NCBI GenBank assembly: GCA_963798085.1
Contig: CAWCRS010000001.1
Location: 384,001-448,000 of the forward strand
Reading direction: 5' to 3'
From: an uncultured Gemmatimonadales bacterium
GTDB taxonomy: Bacteria; Gemmatimonadota; Gemmatimonadetes; Longimicrobiales; RSA9
DNA length: 64,000 nt
Shown: in pieces, positions 52,060-63,430 of the stretch
Layout of the letters: each line of letters begins with the position of its first letter
How positions within the stretch are numbered: the first letter of the stretch is position 1
Notes under the pieces: generated by a model
Databases searched by the model: none
Told to the model about the DNA's origin: nothing
The model's input: the letters and a program-made list of their open reading frames with translations, nothing else
Position numbers and translations under genes: made by a program

Positions 52060-54121
52060 CTACCCGGTGGCGATCTCCAGCACGCGCTCCACCACCACCC
52101 GCCGCCCCGTGGCCCGGTCCATGACCGTGATGCGGATGCGGTGGGCGCCGGGTGTGAGCGCACTGCCATCGACCACGCGCGTCTGCTGCACGCCGAACAC
52201 GGGATCCGGCGCACCCGCCTGCTCGCGGAAGCTGAAGCGCAATGCGTGCTGCCGGCCGAATACGGAGCGCAGCCGGTCGAAGACACCCCCAGCCAGCGGC
52301 TCGATCTCCAACTCCGTGTCATAGCTGCTGCCCGCCTGCAGGCCGTACAGCTCGTAGTAGAGCGTGAAGCTCTCGCCCGGTCGGTACACCCGCTGCGGCG
52401 CCAGTGACAGATGCACATCCCCGCGTGTGAACGAGCCTGCGCCGTCGCGCGGCGAGATGACGATATCGCTGGCCGTCAGGCTGTCCGGCGGGAAGGTGCG
52501 CACATCGATCTGGCCGGCGACAATGCGCCCCGCCTCGCGACCGTCGCTTTCCAGGCCGACGCGCAGGGCCACGGCTGCGCCCGCGGGCGCCACTGTCACC
52601 GTGTGGAACAATAACAGCGCGTCAGGAGCCAGCTCGGTGCCCCGGAACTGCTGCGGCGTGCGGGTAGTGCGCACCCAGCCGTCGGTCGTGTCCGCCAGAT
52701 CGAGCGACACCGTGGCGGCGAAATTGCCGTGCGCATCACGCAACGCCTCGGCCAATGCCGCCGGCACAGCCACGGCCGCGACCACTTGCGCGAGTCCATC
52801 GGCGCCGCGGAACTGCAACGCTTCCCAGGCCAGCGCCAGAATGCGTGCTGTATGGCGGGTAATACCACTCGCCGCGCAAGGCGCGATTCTGCGCCTGCGC
52901 CATGCGCAGCCGCCCGCCCGGTTCGCGCAGCTGACGCGCGCGGGAGCGACCCTCAGGAGTCTGCATGCAGGCGTCCGGGCTGGGCTGCAGTGCCGGCGGC
53001 AGACTGTCGATGCCGGGACCACAGTACGTGAGTCGGGCGACACGGTCCGCGTCACCGTCCCGCACGAGCGTCAGCATGCTCATGTCGGCAACGCCCAGTT
53101 GGCGCACATCGCCCAGCCCGTCGCCGGCCGCACGCGCACCCATCATCGGTTTGCCAACCGACGCATCGGCCGCGTCTGCCAGGCGGCGGAAATGCGCACC
53201 CAGCCGCTCACGCACGGGCACACCCGCCAGCGCCGCACGCGTGTTCCAGAAGCGACGCAGCCAATCCCTGCGCTGTGTCAGATCGGCAGCTGCCCAGCTC
53301 GCCGCCTCGCGCGGCGTGACCAGAGCACGCAGCGGCTGGTAATAGACTGTTGCGCCCGCCTCGGTAAGAGCATCGATGCCCGCGAAATAGCTGTCCGCGG
53401 CCGCCGCGTCATCAATCCCCGCGTCGAATTGCGCGATGGCCAGCGCATGTCTTGCCTCCGAGGCGTTCGCGCCGTGCGCCAATGCTGCTTCTGCCAGAGC
53501 GATGGCAGCATCGTGTTCGCCCATGCGATTCTGCATTCGGGCCGCCAGCAGCAGCGCCGGACCATTGAGCCGTCGTCGAGGTGTGCCCAGCGCCCGCGCG
53601 GCCTCGTGCATGAGCTTCGCGTCACCGAGATCCAGCGCCAGACTGCCCAGCTCCAGCGCCGCCGCATCGAGCGACGCATCCAGCTCGAGCGCGCGGCGCA
53701 GCTCGGGCGCCGCGTCAGCGGCCGCCCTGCTGTGGGGATCCACGAAGTAGATGGAACGATCGGCATAGGCGCGTACGCGCAGATCGGGCCCCCTCGCCAG
53801 CGCCACGCCCAGACCGAAGTGCGCCCACGCATCCGCAGACGAGGCCGCGACTGCGCGCCGCAGCACCCGCACAGCCTCGTGCGCGTCAGCCGTGTTGTAC
53901 GTCAAGTCGTAGTGCCGCACGAGCGCCAATGCCCGTACAACATCGACGTCAATGCCTCTGCGGATCGCTGCGGGCGGATGCACGCGTGCGAGAGCGGCCG
54001 GCGTCGTCGCCTGCTGCAGTTCCCGCCAGTAGCCCGCGAGTTCGTGCTCCTGTCCGTGTGCGGGTCCGGCGACCAGCAGGGCAAGCAGGGCAGCCAGCAG
54101 GTTGAGTACCCGACGCGTCAA
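52060..54121 (-). CDS. Secreted TPR + GWxTD-like domain + C-terminal Ig-like protein, frameshift near 52850
   Basis: Signal peptide; TPR-like helices; LRALVTPRE..W..R..WLRRFW..ERL.AHFRRL..A; LTASDIV, LYYELYGL. Confidence 0.7.
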
Positions 54122-54253
54122 CTGACACTCCGTTAGAGGAGCTCGGAAATGCGCGGCTCAGTGCCCGTCCGCGGGGTCACGGCGCAATATGGCGGAGTGG
54201 CCCTGGCAGACGAATGCTGGTCCTTCCAGCCGTCGCAATGGTGTCTCCAGCCG

Positions 54254-54485
54254 TCGGACCGTCTTGGCGTTCTTGGCAAAGTACACATTCAGCCATGCCG
54301 GACGCTGGACCAGGCGCGGCCAAAGCACCGCAGCGCATGCGCCTGCTACGACGCGCTATGGCAATGCGGCGCCACGGCGTTAGAATGCGATGCGTATACT
54401 TGGGTCCTGTCACGGTCAGGCCCCGATTCAGACCACCGCTGCATTGCTGAAACGGCCATAACCCAAGAACGCCAAGACGGTCCGA
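54254..54485. repeat. Inverted-repeat-bounded element B (232 bp)
   Basis: Perfect 23-bp IR TCGGACCGTCTTGGCGTTCTTGG / CCAAGAACGCCAAGACGGTCCGA. Confidence 0.9.
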
Positions 54486-54489
54486 AGAC

Positions 54490-54525
54490 AAACCGGCCGG
54501 CCGCGAACCCGCGACCGGCCGTTTT
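54490..54525. terminator. GC-rich hairpin, probable terminator downstream of the metalloprotease gene
   Basis: AAACCGGCCGGCCGCG-AACC-CGCGACCGGCCGTTTT. Confidence 0.55.
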
Positions 54526-54567
54526 CCTTACTGCCGGCGGCGGGCAGCCAGCCCGCCGGGCCCGGGC

Positions 54568-57207
54568 TCAGCCGCCTTCTTCGCCGCCCTCGTCTGCGGA
54601 TGCAGCCTTGCCCTTCAACGCCTCGGCAATGCGGTGCCGCAGATCCTCGAGATGCGCCCGGGTCATGCCGGACGTCTTCGGGATGGCGCCCTTGATGTCG
54701 TTGTCCAGCAATGTCAGTTCGGCGCGCGCCGCCGCATTGATGTCCGACAGCTTGGGATCCAGCTGCGGGCCACCACCACGACCGCCCCGGCCGCCACCAC
54801 CCGCACGACCGGCGGCTGCCGCGTTCGCGGGCGGGGGATTCAGCTTCTGATTCAGGTTCTCGATGTAGGCACGCTGCAGCGAACGGCGGTACACGTCGAT
54901 GTTGCCGCCGCTCTTGAGCTCACTGAACAGGCCGCCGCGCACGTCGTGCAACAGCTCTGTTATCGGGTAGTATGCGGCAGTGTTGGACTCGAACTCGCTC
55001 ATGCGCATCAGCTTCCCGTTCTGCAGCAGCTGATTCAGGATGCCGGATTGCGCACTTACGATGCGCGCGACTTCGCCGCTCGGCTCAATGCGTCGCAGCA
55101 CGTCGTCGACCAGGAAGAAGCCGGGCGTCTGGAAAGCGTTCTCGTTCAGGAAATCCACCGCTGCCTTCTGCTGCGGCTTGCTCACCGGCGAGAACACCAC
55201 GCCCTGCTGACTGCCGTACTTGTCCTGTGAGTCGACGCCGCCCACGATGTTCGTGACGTGCGCCAGCTCGGTGCGCCACTGACCGATCAGGCGACCGTAC
55301 AGGTCACGCAGATCGTCGTAATTCTCGGTTGGCTTGGTGGTGGCCGGAATCAGGTACGCCACCTCACGCTTGATGTTCTTGATGCCCCAGCCCGTGGCCT
55401 TCACGGCGTCGGCATCACCCACAGCCTCGGTCTCTTCGCCCGGGTCGGTGCCCGCCGAGTTGGCCGTCGAGAAGCGCAGGTACGGCTTCGTGTCCTGCTC
55501 GCGCGCCCACTGATCGAGCTGCGTGCGCTCGCTCTCGGGCGTCGCTTCCGGAATCGGCTTGTAACCCCACATTACGGCCCACTTGTCGTACACGCCGATG
55601 CCCGGCGTCAGCAGCTCGACGGGAACGTGATCCTCGGGCTGCACGAGATAGTTGAAACGCGAGTAGTCCATCAGCGTGGGTGTGTGTCCCCACTTTGCCA
55701 GGAACGTCGGGCTGCGCAGCGAGTCGACCGGGTAGTTCGAGCTGGCCACCATGTTGTGCTGGAAGCCCAGCGTGTGACCCACCTCGTGCGCCAGCACGTA
55801 CTCGAGCAGCCGCCCCATCAGCGAGTCCGGGTACGGGAACTTCCTGGCCCGCGGATCCACCGCCGACGCCTGCGTGAAGTACCATGCGTTCTGCAGGTTC
55901 TCGACGTTCTGGTAGAACTGGATGTGCGCTTCGAGGATCTCGCCGGAGCGCGGATCGTGCACGTTCGGGCCCGATGCGTTCTCCGTCGTGGACGGCAGCC
56001 AGCGCACCACCGAGTAGCGCGCATCTTCCGGCGACCAGTCGGGATCAGTCGGCGCATCCTTCGCCACGATCGCATTCTTGAAGCCGGCCGCCTCGAACGC
56101 GGGCTGCCAGTCCTCGATCGCCTTCTTGAGCCACGGCACCCAGCGCTTGGGTGTGGCCGGATCAATGTAGTAGACGATCTGCTTCACCGGCTCCGAAAGT
56201 GCCGCGCTCGGATCCTTCTTCTCCAGGCGATAGCGCGTGATGAAGCAGCGCTCGCGCACGCGGTCACCCGTCTCCGTGTAGTCCGTGTAGGTCTCCTGGA
56301 AATAGCCCACGCGATCATCGCAGAGCCGGGGCTGCATGGGTGTGTCGGGCAGCTTGTGGAAGCTCCAGCTCATAACGACAGTGTTGGACGGATTGTTGTT
56401 GGTCGCGCCGCCACGGCCACCCGCCGGCGCTGCCGCGCCCCGGCCGGCACCACCGCCACCCTGCTGCGCGAACGTCAGCGTTGCGCTGACATTCACGTTA
56501 TCCGGGAAGGGCACCGCGGCGTCGATCCAGGAACGCGTGGCATCCACGTTGCCCGGAATGCGTCCGCCCGGGCTCAGCTCGGGCGGCGGCTGCGTGAACA
56601 GGCGGGACACGTCGATCACCATCGAGCTGTCCGGCCCGAACGACTCGACGTTGAACACCGCAATGATCGGATTCACGTTGGCGTCCTGCACCGCGCGATA
56701 CTCGGGTGTGCCCGGATCCGCCATCGCCTCGAACGACACACTGCGCAGGTACACGCGGTTGTCGCGCCGCTCCCAGCGGTAGACGCGATTGCTGATCGCC
56801 TGGCCGCCGTAGCCCGAGCCCAGCACCGTCTTCGCGATCTCCGTCACCAGCAGCTGGTCCCTGTCCAGCTGATCGCGCGGGATCTCGAACAGGAACTTGG
56901 TGCCCGAGTGGTGCACCTTGAACAGGCCGGAACGCGTCTGCATGTCGCTCGTCACGACACGCGCGTACGGCTGCGGATTCGGCTCCGCCAGCGCACCGCC
57001 ACCGCCGCCACCCTGTCCACCACGCCCGCCTCGCTGCCCGAAATTGCCGGCCGGTGTTTCAGGATTTTCCGACTGCGGTGGAGGTGCTGCCGCCTGCCGC
57101 CCCCGACCCGCTGCCTGCGGCGCCGGAGCCGGGGGAGGCGCCGATTGGTGCGAGCACGCACCAACCGCGAGCAAGGCCGTCGCGGCCCAGATCGAAATAG
57201 CTCGCAT
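54568..57207 (-). CDS. Zinc-dependent metalloprotease lipoprotein (DUF5117/DUF5118/EcxA-type)
   Basis: VGAC lipobox; DDRVGYF; IVYYIDP; DPRSGEIL; HEVGHTLGFQHN; LMDY. Confidence 0.92.
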   Translation of the reverse strand: MRAISIWAATALLAVGACSHQSAPPPAPAPQAAGRGRQAAAPPPQSENPETPAGNFGQRGGRGGQGGGGGGALAEPNPQPYARVVTSDMQTRSGLFKVHHSGTKFLFEIPRDQLDRDQLLVTEIAKTVLGSGYGGQAISNRVYRWERRDNRVYLRSVSFEAMADPGTPEYRAVQDANVNPIIAVFNVESFGPDSSMVIDVSRLFTQPPPELSPGGRIPGNVDATRSWIDAAVPFPDNVNVSATLTFAQQGGGGAGRGAAAPAGGRGGATNNNPSNTVVMSWSFHKLPDTPMQPRLCDDRVGYFQETYTDYTETGDRVRERCFITRYRLEKKDPSAALSEPVKQIVYYIDPATPKRWVPWLKKAIEDWQPAFEAAGFKNAIVAKDAPTDPDWSPEDARYSVVRWLPSTTENASGPNVHDPRSGEILEAHIQFYQNVENLQNAWYFTQASAVDPRARKFPYPDSLMGRLLEYVLAHEVGHTLGFQHNMVASSNYPVDSLRSPTFLAKWGHTPTLMDYSRFNYLVQPEDHVPVELLTPGIGVYDKWAVMWGYKPIPEATPESERTQLDQWAREQDTKPYLRFSTANSAGTDPGEETEAVGDADAVKATGWGIKNIKREVAYLIPATTKPTENYDDLRDLYGRLIGQWRTELAHVTNIVGGVDSQDKYGSQQGVVFSPVSKPQQKAAVDFLNENAFQTPGFFLVDDVLRRIEPSGEVARIVSAQSGILNQLLQNGKLMRMSEFESNTAAYYPITELLHDVRGGLFSELKSGGNIDVYRRSLQRAYIENLNQKLNPPPANAAAAGRAGGGGRGGRGGGPQLDPKLSDINAAARAELTLLDNDIKGAIPKTSGMTRAHLEDLRHRIAEALKGKAASADEGGEEGG

Positions 57208-57690
57208 AACGAATCCTGATGGAGGAGGAAGGACGCTGCTGCAACCTAATGCGTGGCAGACCCGCGACCGGCCGCTGCGGCGCGTCACCGGTCCGGCCAC
57301 ATGTTCGCATTGTCTGTCATTGATTCCGTCATGTCAAGCAAGCGCTTCGCCCCGCCTGCGGCGCGCTTTGCATGCATTGCGTGCTGGAGATGGATTGACG
57401 CTCCACCCGCCGATAGCGTTGGTGCGACGCTCCGTCTATCCCGGCACCCTGCCCGTACCCCCGCTACCTTGCCCGCGGGGGCCAAACCCTGGGGCTCTGA
57501 CACGCACGGCGTCTCTACAGGCGGCCCGGTCCCGCCTCGACTTGCGGCCATGTCCTCTCTCGAGCGGTGCCGCAGCGGGTCTGGAGCCATGACGGTGCCC
57601 GGAGCCAGGACCCGGCGTCGACCCTGCCGGATCCCGGCGGCCTCGAGGCTACGATCTGGCAGCAGGTCCGGGCATTGGCGGGTCGCATGC

Positions 57691-57711
57691 CCGGACCGTC
57701 TTGGCGTTCTT
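57691..57711 (+). repeat. Solo arm of the inverted-repeat element family
   Basis: CCGGACCGTCTTGGCGTTCTT with no clear partner arm. Confidence 0.8.
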
Positions 57712-58010
57712 TCCTTTCGCTGCACCCTGGCATGCCTGCGACCCCCACGCGGATCGACTGACCACGTTGCCTGTCCCCTGGCGTCGTACCCATGGCAATC
57801 CGGGTCTGAAGGAGAGAATTCAATGCTGGTCCGACAGCCTGGCCTGCAAGAAGGAACACAACGCTGGCTGGCAAAGTCCATCACTTGGGCGATGAGTCGC
57901 CCGTCATGGCCATGTCGTCGTTGGCGAGAATTGTGTGCCGGTGCAACAGCTGCCCATGCGGTGTTGACTTCAGGGCCACGGCGCCCGCAACCGGCCGGAA
58001 GGGAGGAGGA

Positions 58011-59444
58011 TCAATGCGGGTCCGACCCGGCAATGCGTCCTGCGTGTTGCAGGATGGAGCGAAGCGTGCGCAAGGCCGGCGTCATGGCGTCGGGGCGGAC
58101 GCAGGCAAAGCCGAGCAGCAGCGCGGGCCCCGGCGCTGCGCGCATGCAGTACGCAGACAGCGGCTGGACCTCAATGCCTCGGGCCAATGCCTGCGCGGCG
58201 ACCGCACGATCGCTGTTCTTCTCGCCCGGCAGCCACGCGATCACGTGCATTCCCGCATCGGCCGGCTCGACGACCATCAGGTCCGCTAACTCGGCTTGCG
58301 CCGCAGCGAGCAGCGCCTGCTGACGCTCGCGATAGGCACTGCGCATGCGCCGCAAATGCCGCGTGAAATGCCCCTCTTCAATGAAGTCGGTGAGCACCGC
58401 CTGCTCCAGCGTCGGGGCCAGACAGTCCAGAGTGCGACGTGCCGCGCCAAAACGGTCGACCAGTTCCGGCGGCACAATGAGGTAACCCAGGCGCAGCGCA
58501 GGAAACACGGTCTTGCTGAACGTGCCGACATAGATCACACGACCCGCACGATCGAGTCCCTGCAGTGATGCGAACGAGCGGCCAGGATAGCGGAACTCGC
58601 TGTCATAGTCGTCTTCAACAACCCACGCATTCACACCCGCCGACCACGACAGCAGTGCCAGCCGCCGCTCGAGTGACAGCGCACTGCCCAGAGGGAACTG
58701 GTGCGATGGCGCCACGTACACAACCTTCGCCAATGGCGCACGCGCGCAACCTTCCCCGATTACCAGACCCTCGCCGTCCACTGGCACCGGGACAATGCGG
58801 GCACCGGCGCGCTCGAAGAGGCGTCGCGCCGCCAGATACCCGGGGTCCTCGTACCAGACTTCGTCGCCCGGCTCGACCAGCTCGCGTGCGATCATGTCCA
58901 CCGCCTGCTGCGCGCCACGCACCAGGATCACCTGCTCCGCTGATGCACGCACGGCGCGGGACGCTGCCGTGTAGTCGGCGATCGCGCGGCGCAACGGCCA
59001 GTAGCCGGCGCCGTCACCATAGGTCAGAAAATCGCGCGCGGACGTGCGCGCCCGTCGCGTGCACAGCCGCGTCCAGAGCTTCACGGGAAACAGATCGAGC
59101 GCCGGCTCACCAATGCGGAATGGCCGCGGCGCTGGCGCCGCGCCGGTCACCGGCAGCGTGACGGTCGCACCAGCCCGCAAACCGGAGCGCTGGGCCGCCT
59201 GCGGCAGCCTCAGTTCGACGACGAAAGTGCCCGCCGATCCACGGCCCCGCAGATAGCCCTCCAGCAGCAGCTGTTCGTACGCCTGCACCACCGTCGTGCG
59301 CGCCACCCCGAGATCCCGTGCCAGCACGCGCGTCGGCGGGATGCGCATTCCGCCCGCGAGTCGACCCGACAGAATGGCTTCGCGGATCGCCGCATGAATC
59401 TGCCGGACGAGCGACTCGGCTCCGTCACGTTCCAGCGTGAGCAT
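58011..59444 (-). CDS. GntR/MocR (PLP-dependent) transcriptional regulator
   Basis: IPPTRVLARDLGVARTTV..YEQL..EGYL; YEDPGY; PSHQFPLG; EDDYDSEF; GTFSK..ALRLGY. Confidence 0.95.
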   Translation of the reverse strand: MLTLERDGAESLVRQIHAAIREAILSGRLAGGMRIPPTRVLARDLGVARTTVVQAYEQLLLEGYLRGRGSAGTFVVELRLPQAAQRSGLRAGATVTLPVTGAAPAPRPFRIGEPALDLFPVKLWTRLCTRRARTSARDFLTYGDGAGYWPLRRAIADYTAASRAVRASAEQVILVRGAQQAVDMIARELVEPGDEVWYEDPGYLAARRLFERAGARIVPVPVDGEGLVIGEGCARAPLAKVVYVAPSHQFPLGSALSLERRLALLSWSAGVNAWVVEDDYDSEFRYPGRSFASLQGLDRAGRVIYVGTFSKTVFPALRLGYLIVPPELVDRFGAARRTLDCLAPTLEQAVLTDFIEEGHFTRHLRRMRSAYRERQQALLAAAQAELADLMVVEPADAGMHVIAWLPGEKNSDRAVAAQALARGIEVQPLSAYCMRAAPGPALLLGFACVRPDAMTPALRTLRSILQHAGRIAGSDPH

Positions 59445-59708
59445 GAGTGGTGGATTGTTGCGCCGGTAGCGCGGCGACGCGTCACTCCGTTCGATCTGCA
59501 CAGTCTGTCTTCCGACGTGGTCTTCGCGTTGTCACCGGCGCTGCACTGCGTTCACGGCCCGCCACACGACATCCATCACACAGAACACGCGCGCGCGAAC
59601 GCGACACGCCACTGTTGGGCAACACTGCTGTTATCGCCGCGCGTGCTTCGCGGGCGCACTGCTTGGGCCCGGAGTCGCCGGCATTTGGATCACACGCGGG
59701 AGCATGCA

Positions 59709-60510
<802 letters not shown>

Positions 60511-60589
60511 GTTTTGGACTGCCTGACAGCACCAAGAACAGCGCGAGGAGCTATACCAACCGCCGCCGTCGGTTGGCGATATGTCGCTC

Positions 60590-60776
60590 CGGACCGTCTT
60601 GGCGTTCATGCGTTGTGGCCGGAACGGAAATGACGAACGTCGGAAGGTCGCGTCGGCTGGGGCGCACGCAGGCTGGCTTCCGTCTCGCTGCGTTATACAG
60701 GAACCGCGATAGACGCTGGATCCGAGCCGACTGCATGGCAATGTGGCGCACAACGCAAGAACGCAAAGACGGTCCG
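60590..60776. repeat. Inverted-repeat-bounded element D (187 bp)
   Basis: 28-bp IR with 2 mismatches CGGACCGTCTTGGCGTTCATGCGTTGTG / CACAACGCAAGAACGCAAAGACGGTCCG. Confidence 0.88.
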
Positions 60777-60916
60777 AGACGCTTCTGCCGGGCGGATGTC
60801 CTCTGTACCGAACGGTCAGGGCGCCGGAGTAATTGGCCCGTGGGGTTCCGGCGCTCCTGCGGAGCGCCGGGGCGGCAATCCGGTTGGGCTGGACGGCTGG
60901 CGCGACCGCGCAGTCG

Positions 60917-62209
60917 TCAGGCCAGTCCGTGCTTCAGCACGCCCTCCATCGCGAGGGCGAAATCGTCGACTTCTTCGATGCGGGTATAGACGTTGGGCGT
61001 GATGCGCAGGCCCTTGAACTCACTGTGCACGATCGGTGTGATGAAGATGCGACGGGTCTTCCACAGGTGGTCGGCGATGGCGCCGGGCTCGAGTCCATCG
61101 ATGCCCACGTTCGCCAGGCCGCACGACATGGCGGGATCGAAGGAGGTGTAGAGCCTGACACGCGGTTTGCCCTCGAGTCGTCGCATCCATCGGTCTCGCA
61201 GGTAGCGCAGCCGAGCCGCCTTGCGCTCCGCCCCAATGGCTTCGTGGAAGACCAGTGCTTCCGCAATCGCGTTGTGATTCGCCGCCGGGTGCGTGCCGAT
61301 CTCCTCGAACTTGCGGATGTTCGTGTCCATGGACGGTGGCGCCGCCATGAGCGGCCAGATGCTGGCGATCTTCTCGCGCCGGACGTACAGGAAGCCCGTG
61401 CCGTGAGGAGCGAGCAGCCATTTGTGCAGGCTGGTTCCGTAATAGTCGCACTCGAGATCGTCCCGCTGGAACGGGAAGTGTGCGTACGCATGCGCGCCAT
61501 CCACCACCACTTCGATGTTCCGGCTCCTCGCCATGCGCACGATGTCCCGGATGGGAAAGATCTGACCCGTCAGGTTCGTGATGTGGCAGCAGTGGATGAT
61601 CTTCGTGCGCGGCCCGATCGCTTTCTCGAAGCGGTCGACCAGGTCCTGCATCGACGGCGGCGGCACCGGGAACGAGATCTGGCGGAGGGTGATGCCTTCG
61701 CGCCGCGCGCGCTGCTCGTACGTCGTGAGCATGCGCCCGTAGTCCTGGTTCGTGGTGAGGATTTCATCGCCTTTCTCGAGGTGTAACCCGAGCTGCACGA
61801 TCTCGAGCGCCTCGGAGGCGTTGCGCGTGATCGCCATCTCCTCGGGATCGCAGCCGAAGTTGCGGGCCAGCTGCTGGCGCACGCTCTCGATCTGCGGCTC
61901 GACCAGCTGCCACATCGAGTAGGCGGGCGCTTCATTGGAGATGGCGAGGTAGCGGGCCATGGCTTCCTGGACGACGCGCGGTGAAGGGCTGACCCCGCCG
62001 TTATTCAGGTTGTTGATGGTGCGGTCGACCGTGAACGCGCGCTGGATTTCCTGCCAGTAGTCCTCGTCCTGCGCCACCTCTTCCGGCGACCGTTGATCGA
62101 CGAAACACGTGGCCTTCTCCACGAACGAGAGCCAGTCGTTGCGGAACGCGGGTGGCGTGATGGCGGCGCCGGCGAGCAGCCGGCCGAAGAAATCGCGGCG
62201 TGAAGGCAT
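60917..62209 (-). CDS. Class V PLP-dependent aminotransferase (isopenicillin N epimerase/cysteine desulfurase-like) with Tat-like signal
   Basis: SRRDFF; NLNNGG; RNASEAL; VDGAH; SLHKWL.APHGTG. Confidence 0.92.
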   Translation of the reverse strand: MPSRRDFFGRLLAGAAITPPAFRNDWLSFVEKATCFVDQRSPEEVAQDEDYWQEIQRAFTVDRTINNLNNGGVSPSPRVVQEAMARYLAISNEAPAYSMWQLVEPQIESVRQQLARNFGCDPEEMAITRNASEALEIVQLGLHLEKGDEILTTNQDYGRMLTTYEQRARREGITLRQISFPVPPPSMQDLVDRFEKAIGPRTKIIHCCHITNLTGQIFPIRDIVRMARSRNIEVVVDGAHAYAHFPFQRDDLECDYYGTSLHKWLLAPHGTGFLYVRREKIASIWPLMAAPPSMDTNIRKFEEIGTHPAANHNAIAEALVFHEAIGAERKAARLRYLRDRWMRRLEGKPRVRLYTSFDPAMSCGLANVGIDGLEPGAIADHLWKTRRIFITPIVHSEFKGLRITPNVYTRIEEVDDFALAMEGVLKHGLA

Positions 62210-62280
62210 TGTCGCCTCCGGTGTGAGGAGCGGTGGAGAAATGCGTGAACAGGTCACCCGTGGTGACCCCAAACGTGACG

Positions 62281-62859
62281 TTAATCGTCCGGCGTGATGC
62301 TCTCGAGCAGTCCGCTCTCGATGAACAGAACGATACCCTGGCCGAGCGTGCGCACCCCTGCCACGACGTGGCGCCGCCCGCGGAACTGGGTGACGACCCC
62401 CTTCAGCCCGAGGAACGGTCCGTCCGTCACCCGCACCCAGTCACGCTCGCGAAACGGATGCGGGACCGGCTCCTGGCGCAGCGCGTCGAGCCCCCTCGCC
62501 AGCAGCCGGAGATTCTCGATCTCCGCATCGCGGATGGGCGCCGGCCGTCCCGAGTGGTACACGACCATGGCGACGCCCGGCGTCGTCAGCACGCGGTGGA
62601 TCTGCTCCGTCGCAAAGCGGCCAAACACGTAGTCAGGAAAGAGTGGGAACTGTACCACCCTGCGCCGGTCCGCCCACTGTCGTTCGCGCGCAATGCGCGG
62701 CAGGTACACCTCAATGCCGCGTTCCGCGAGCAGATGCTCGACGCGCTTCTCCGCGCGCGGACGCGTGCGGCAGGCGAACCAGCGCGGCGGCTCCGCCGAC
62801 AGCACTAACGGCTCGTTATTGAACCCCGCGTGCGACGCCCGGGCTGTCGTTCTGTGCAT
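62281..62859 (-). CDS. UpxY/RfaH-like NusG paralog (transcription antiterminator); start at 62859 or GTG 62805
   Basis: WFACRTRPRAEKRV, YLP..RQWADRRRVVQFPLFPDYVF, KOW motif VRVTDGPFLGLKG. Confidence 0.9.
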   Translation of the reverse strand: MHRTTARASHAGFNNEPLVLSAEPPRWFACRTRPRAEKRVEHLLAERGIEVYLPRIARERQWADRRRVVQFPLFPDYVFGRFATEQIHRVLTTPGVAMVVYHSGRPAPIRDAEIENLRLLARGLDALRQEPVPHPFRERDWVRVTDGPFLGLKGVVTQFRGRRHVVAGVRTLGQGIVLFIESGLLESITPDD

Positions 62860-63430
62860 TGCTTCCGTCCACGCGCAGGTTCGTGCACGAGCAGCGTCGT
62901 CCCTCGCACGGGAGCGCTGGTCCGACCCCGCCGCGGCCCCCGGCCGATCTTGCGACCCCCGGCCGGCCACGGCAAGGAGACCCCGCTCACCGACCGGAGT
63001 GGCCAAGCGCAGTGGCTGAGCGCAGTGGCTGAGGGGAGGCGGAGCAGGCTGCGCGCAGGGACTGACCGAGTTGCCGTGCGGAAAATGGCCAAGGGCAGTC
63101 GCTGAGGGAGCGCCGGCCGGGACCGGACGGCGGGTGGACGGCGAGGCCGGCCGGTGGCGCTTGCCGCTGCCCCGGCTCAAGCGCACATTCGGGTGAACCC
63201 CCGGACGCTCGCCGCGTCCACCCCAGGATCGACGAACGGGCGTGTCGCTCCATTCCGTCGCGCCGATCCCCCGGGCTCGCTCCCCTCGTGCAGCTGTCGG
63301 CGGCGCCCCGGTGCTCCGCGCGTGGCTGTAATTGACGGAGCCAAGGAGCGTGCGGCCCGTTCACCCATGGTTCTGCCCCGCCGCGTGTGTCACAGTCGCC
63401 TGCGTCACCGCGCGTGCCGGGGGAGTGAGC

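Noticed and set aside
53..54121. Programmed frameshifting or mass pseudogenisation in the ADOP, VPS10, PQQ dehydrogenase, DPP IV, potA, potC and other genes
   Set aside because: Scattered single-base indels in otherwise intact genes are better explained by long-read assembly error
57253..58000. 356-aa plus-strand ORF or structured RNA between the metalloprotease and MocR genes
   Set aside because: Low-complexity translation running through a repeat arm; no riboswitch or ncRNA motif recognised by eye
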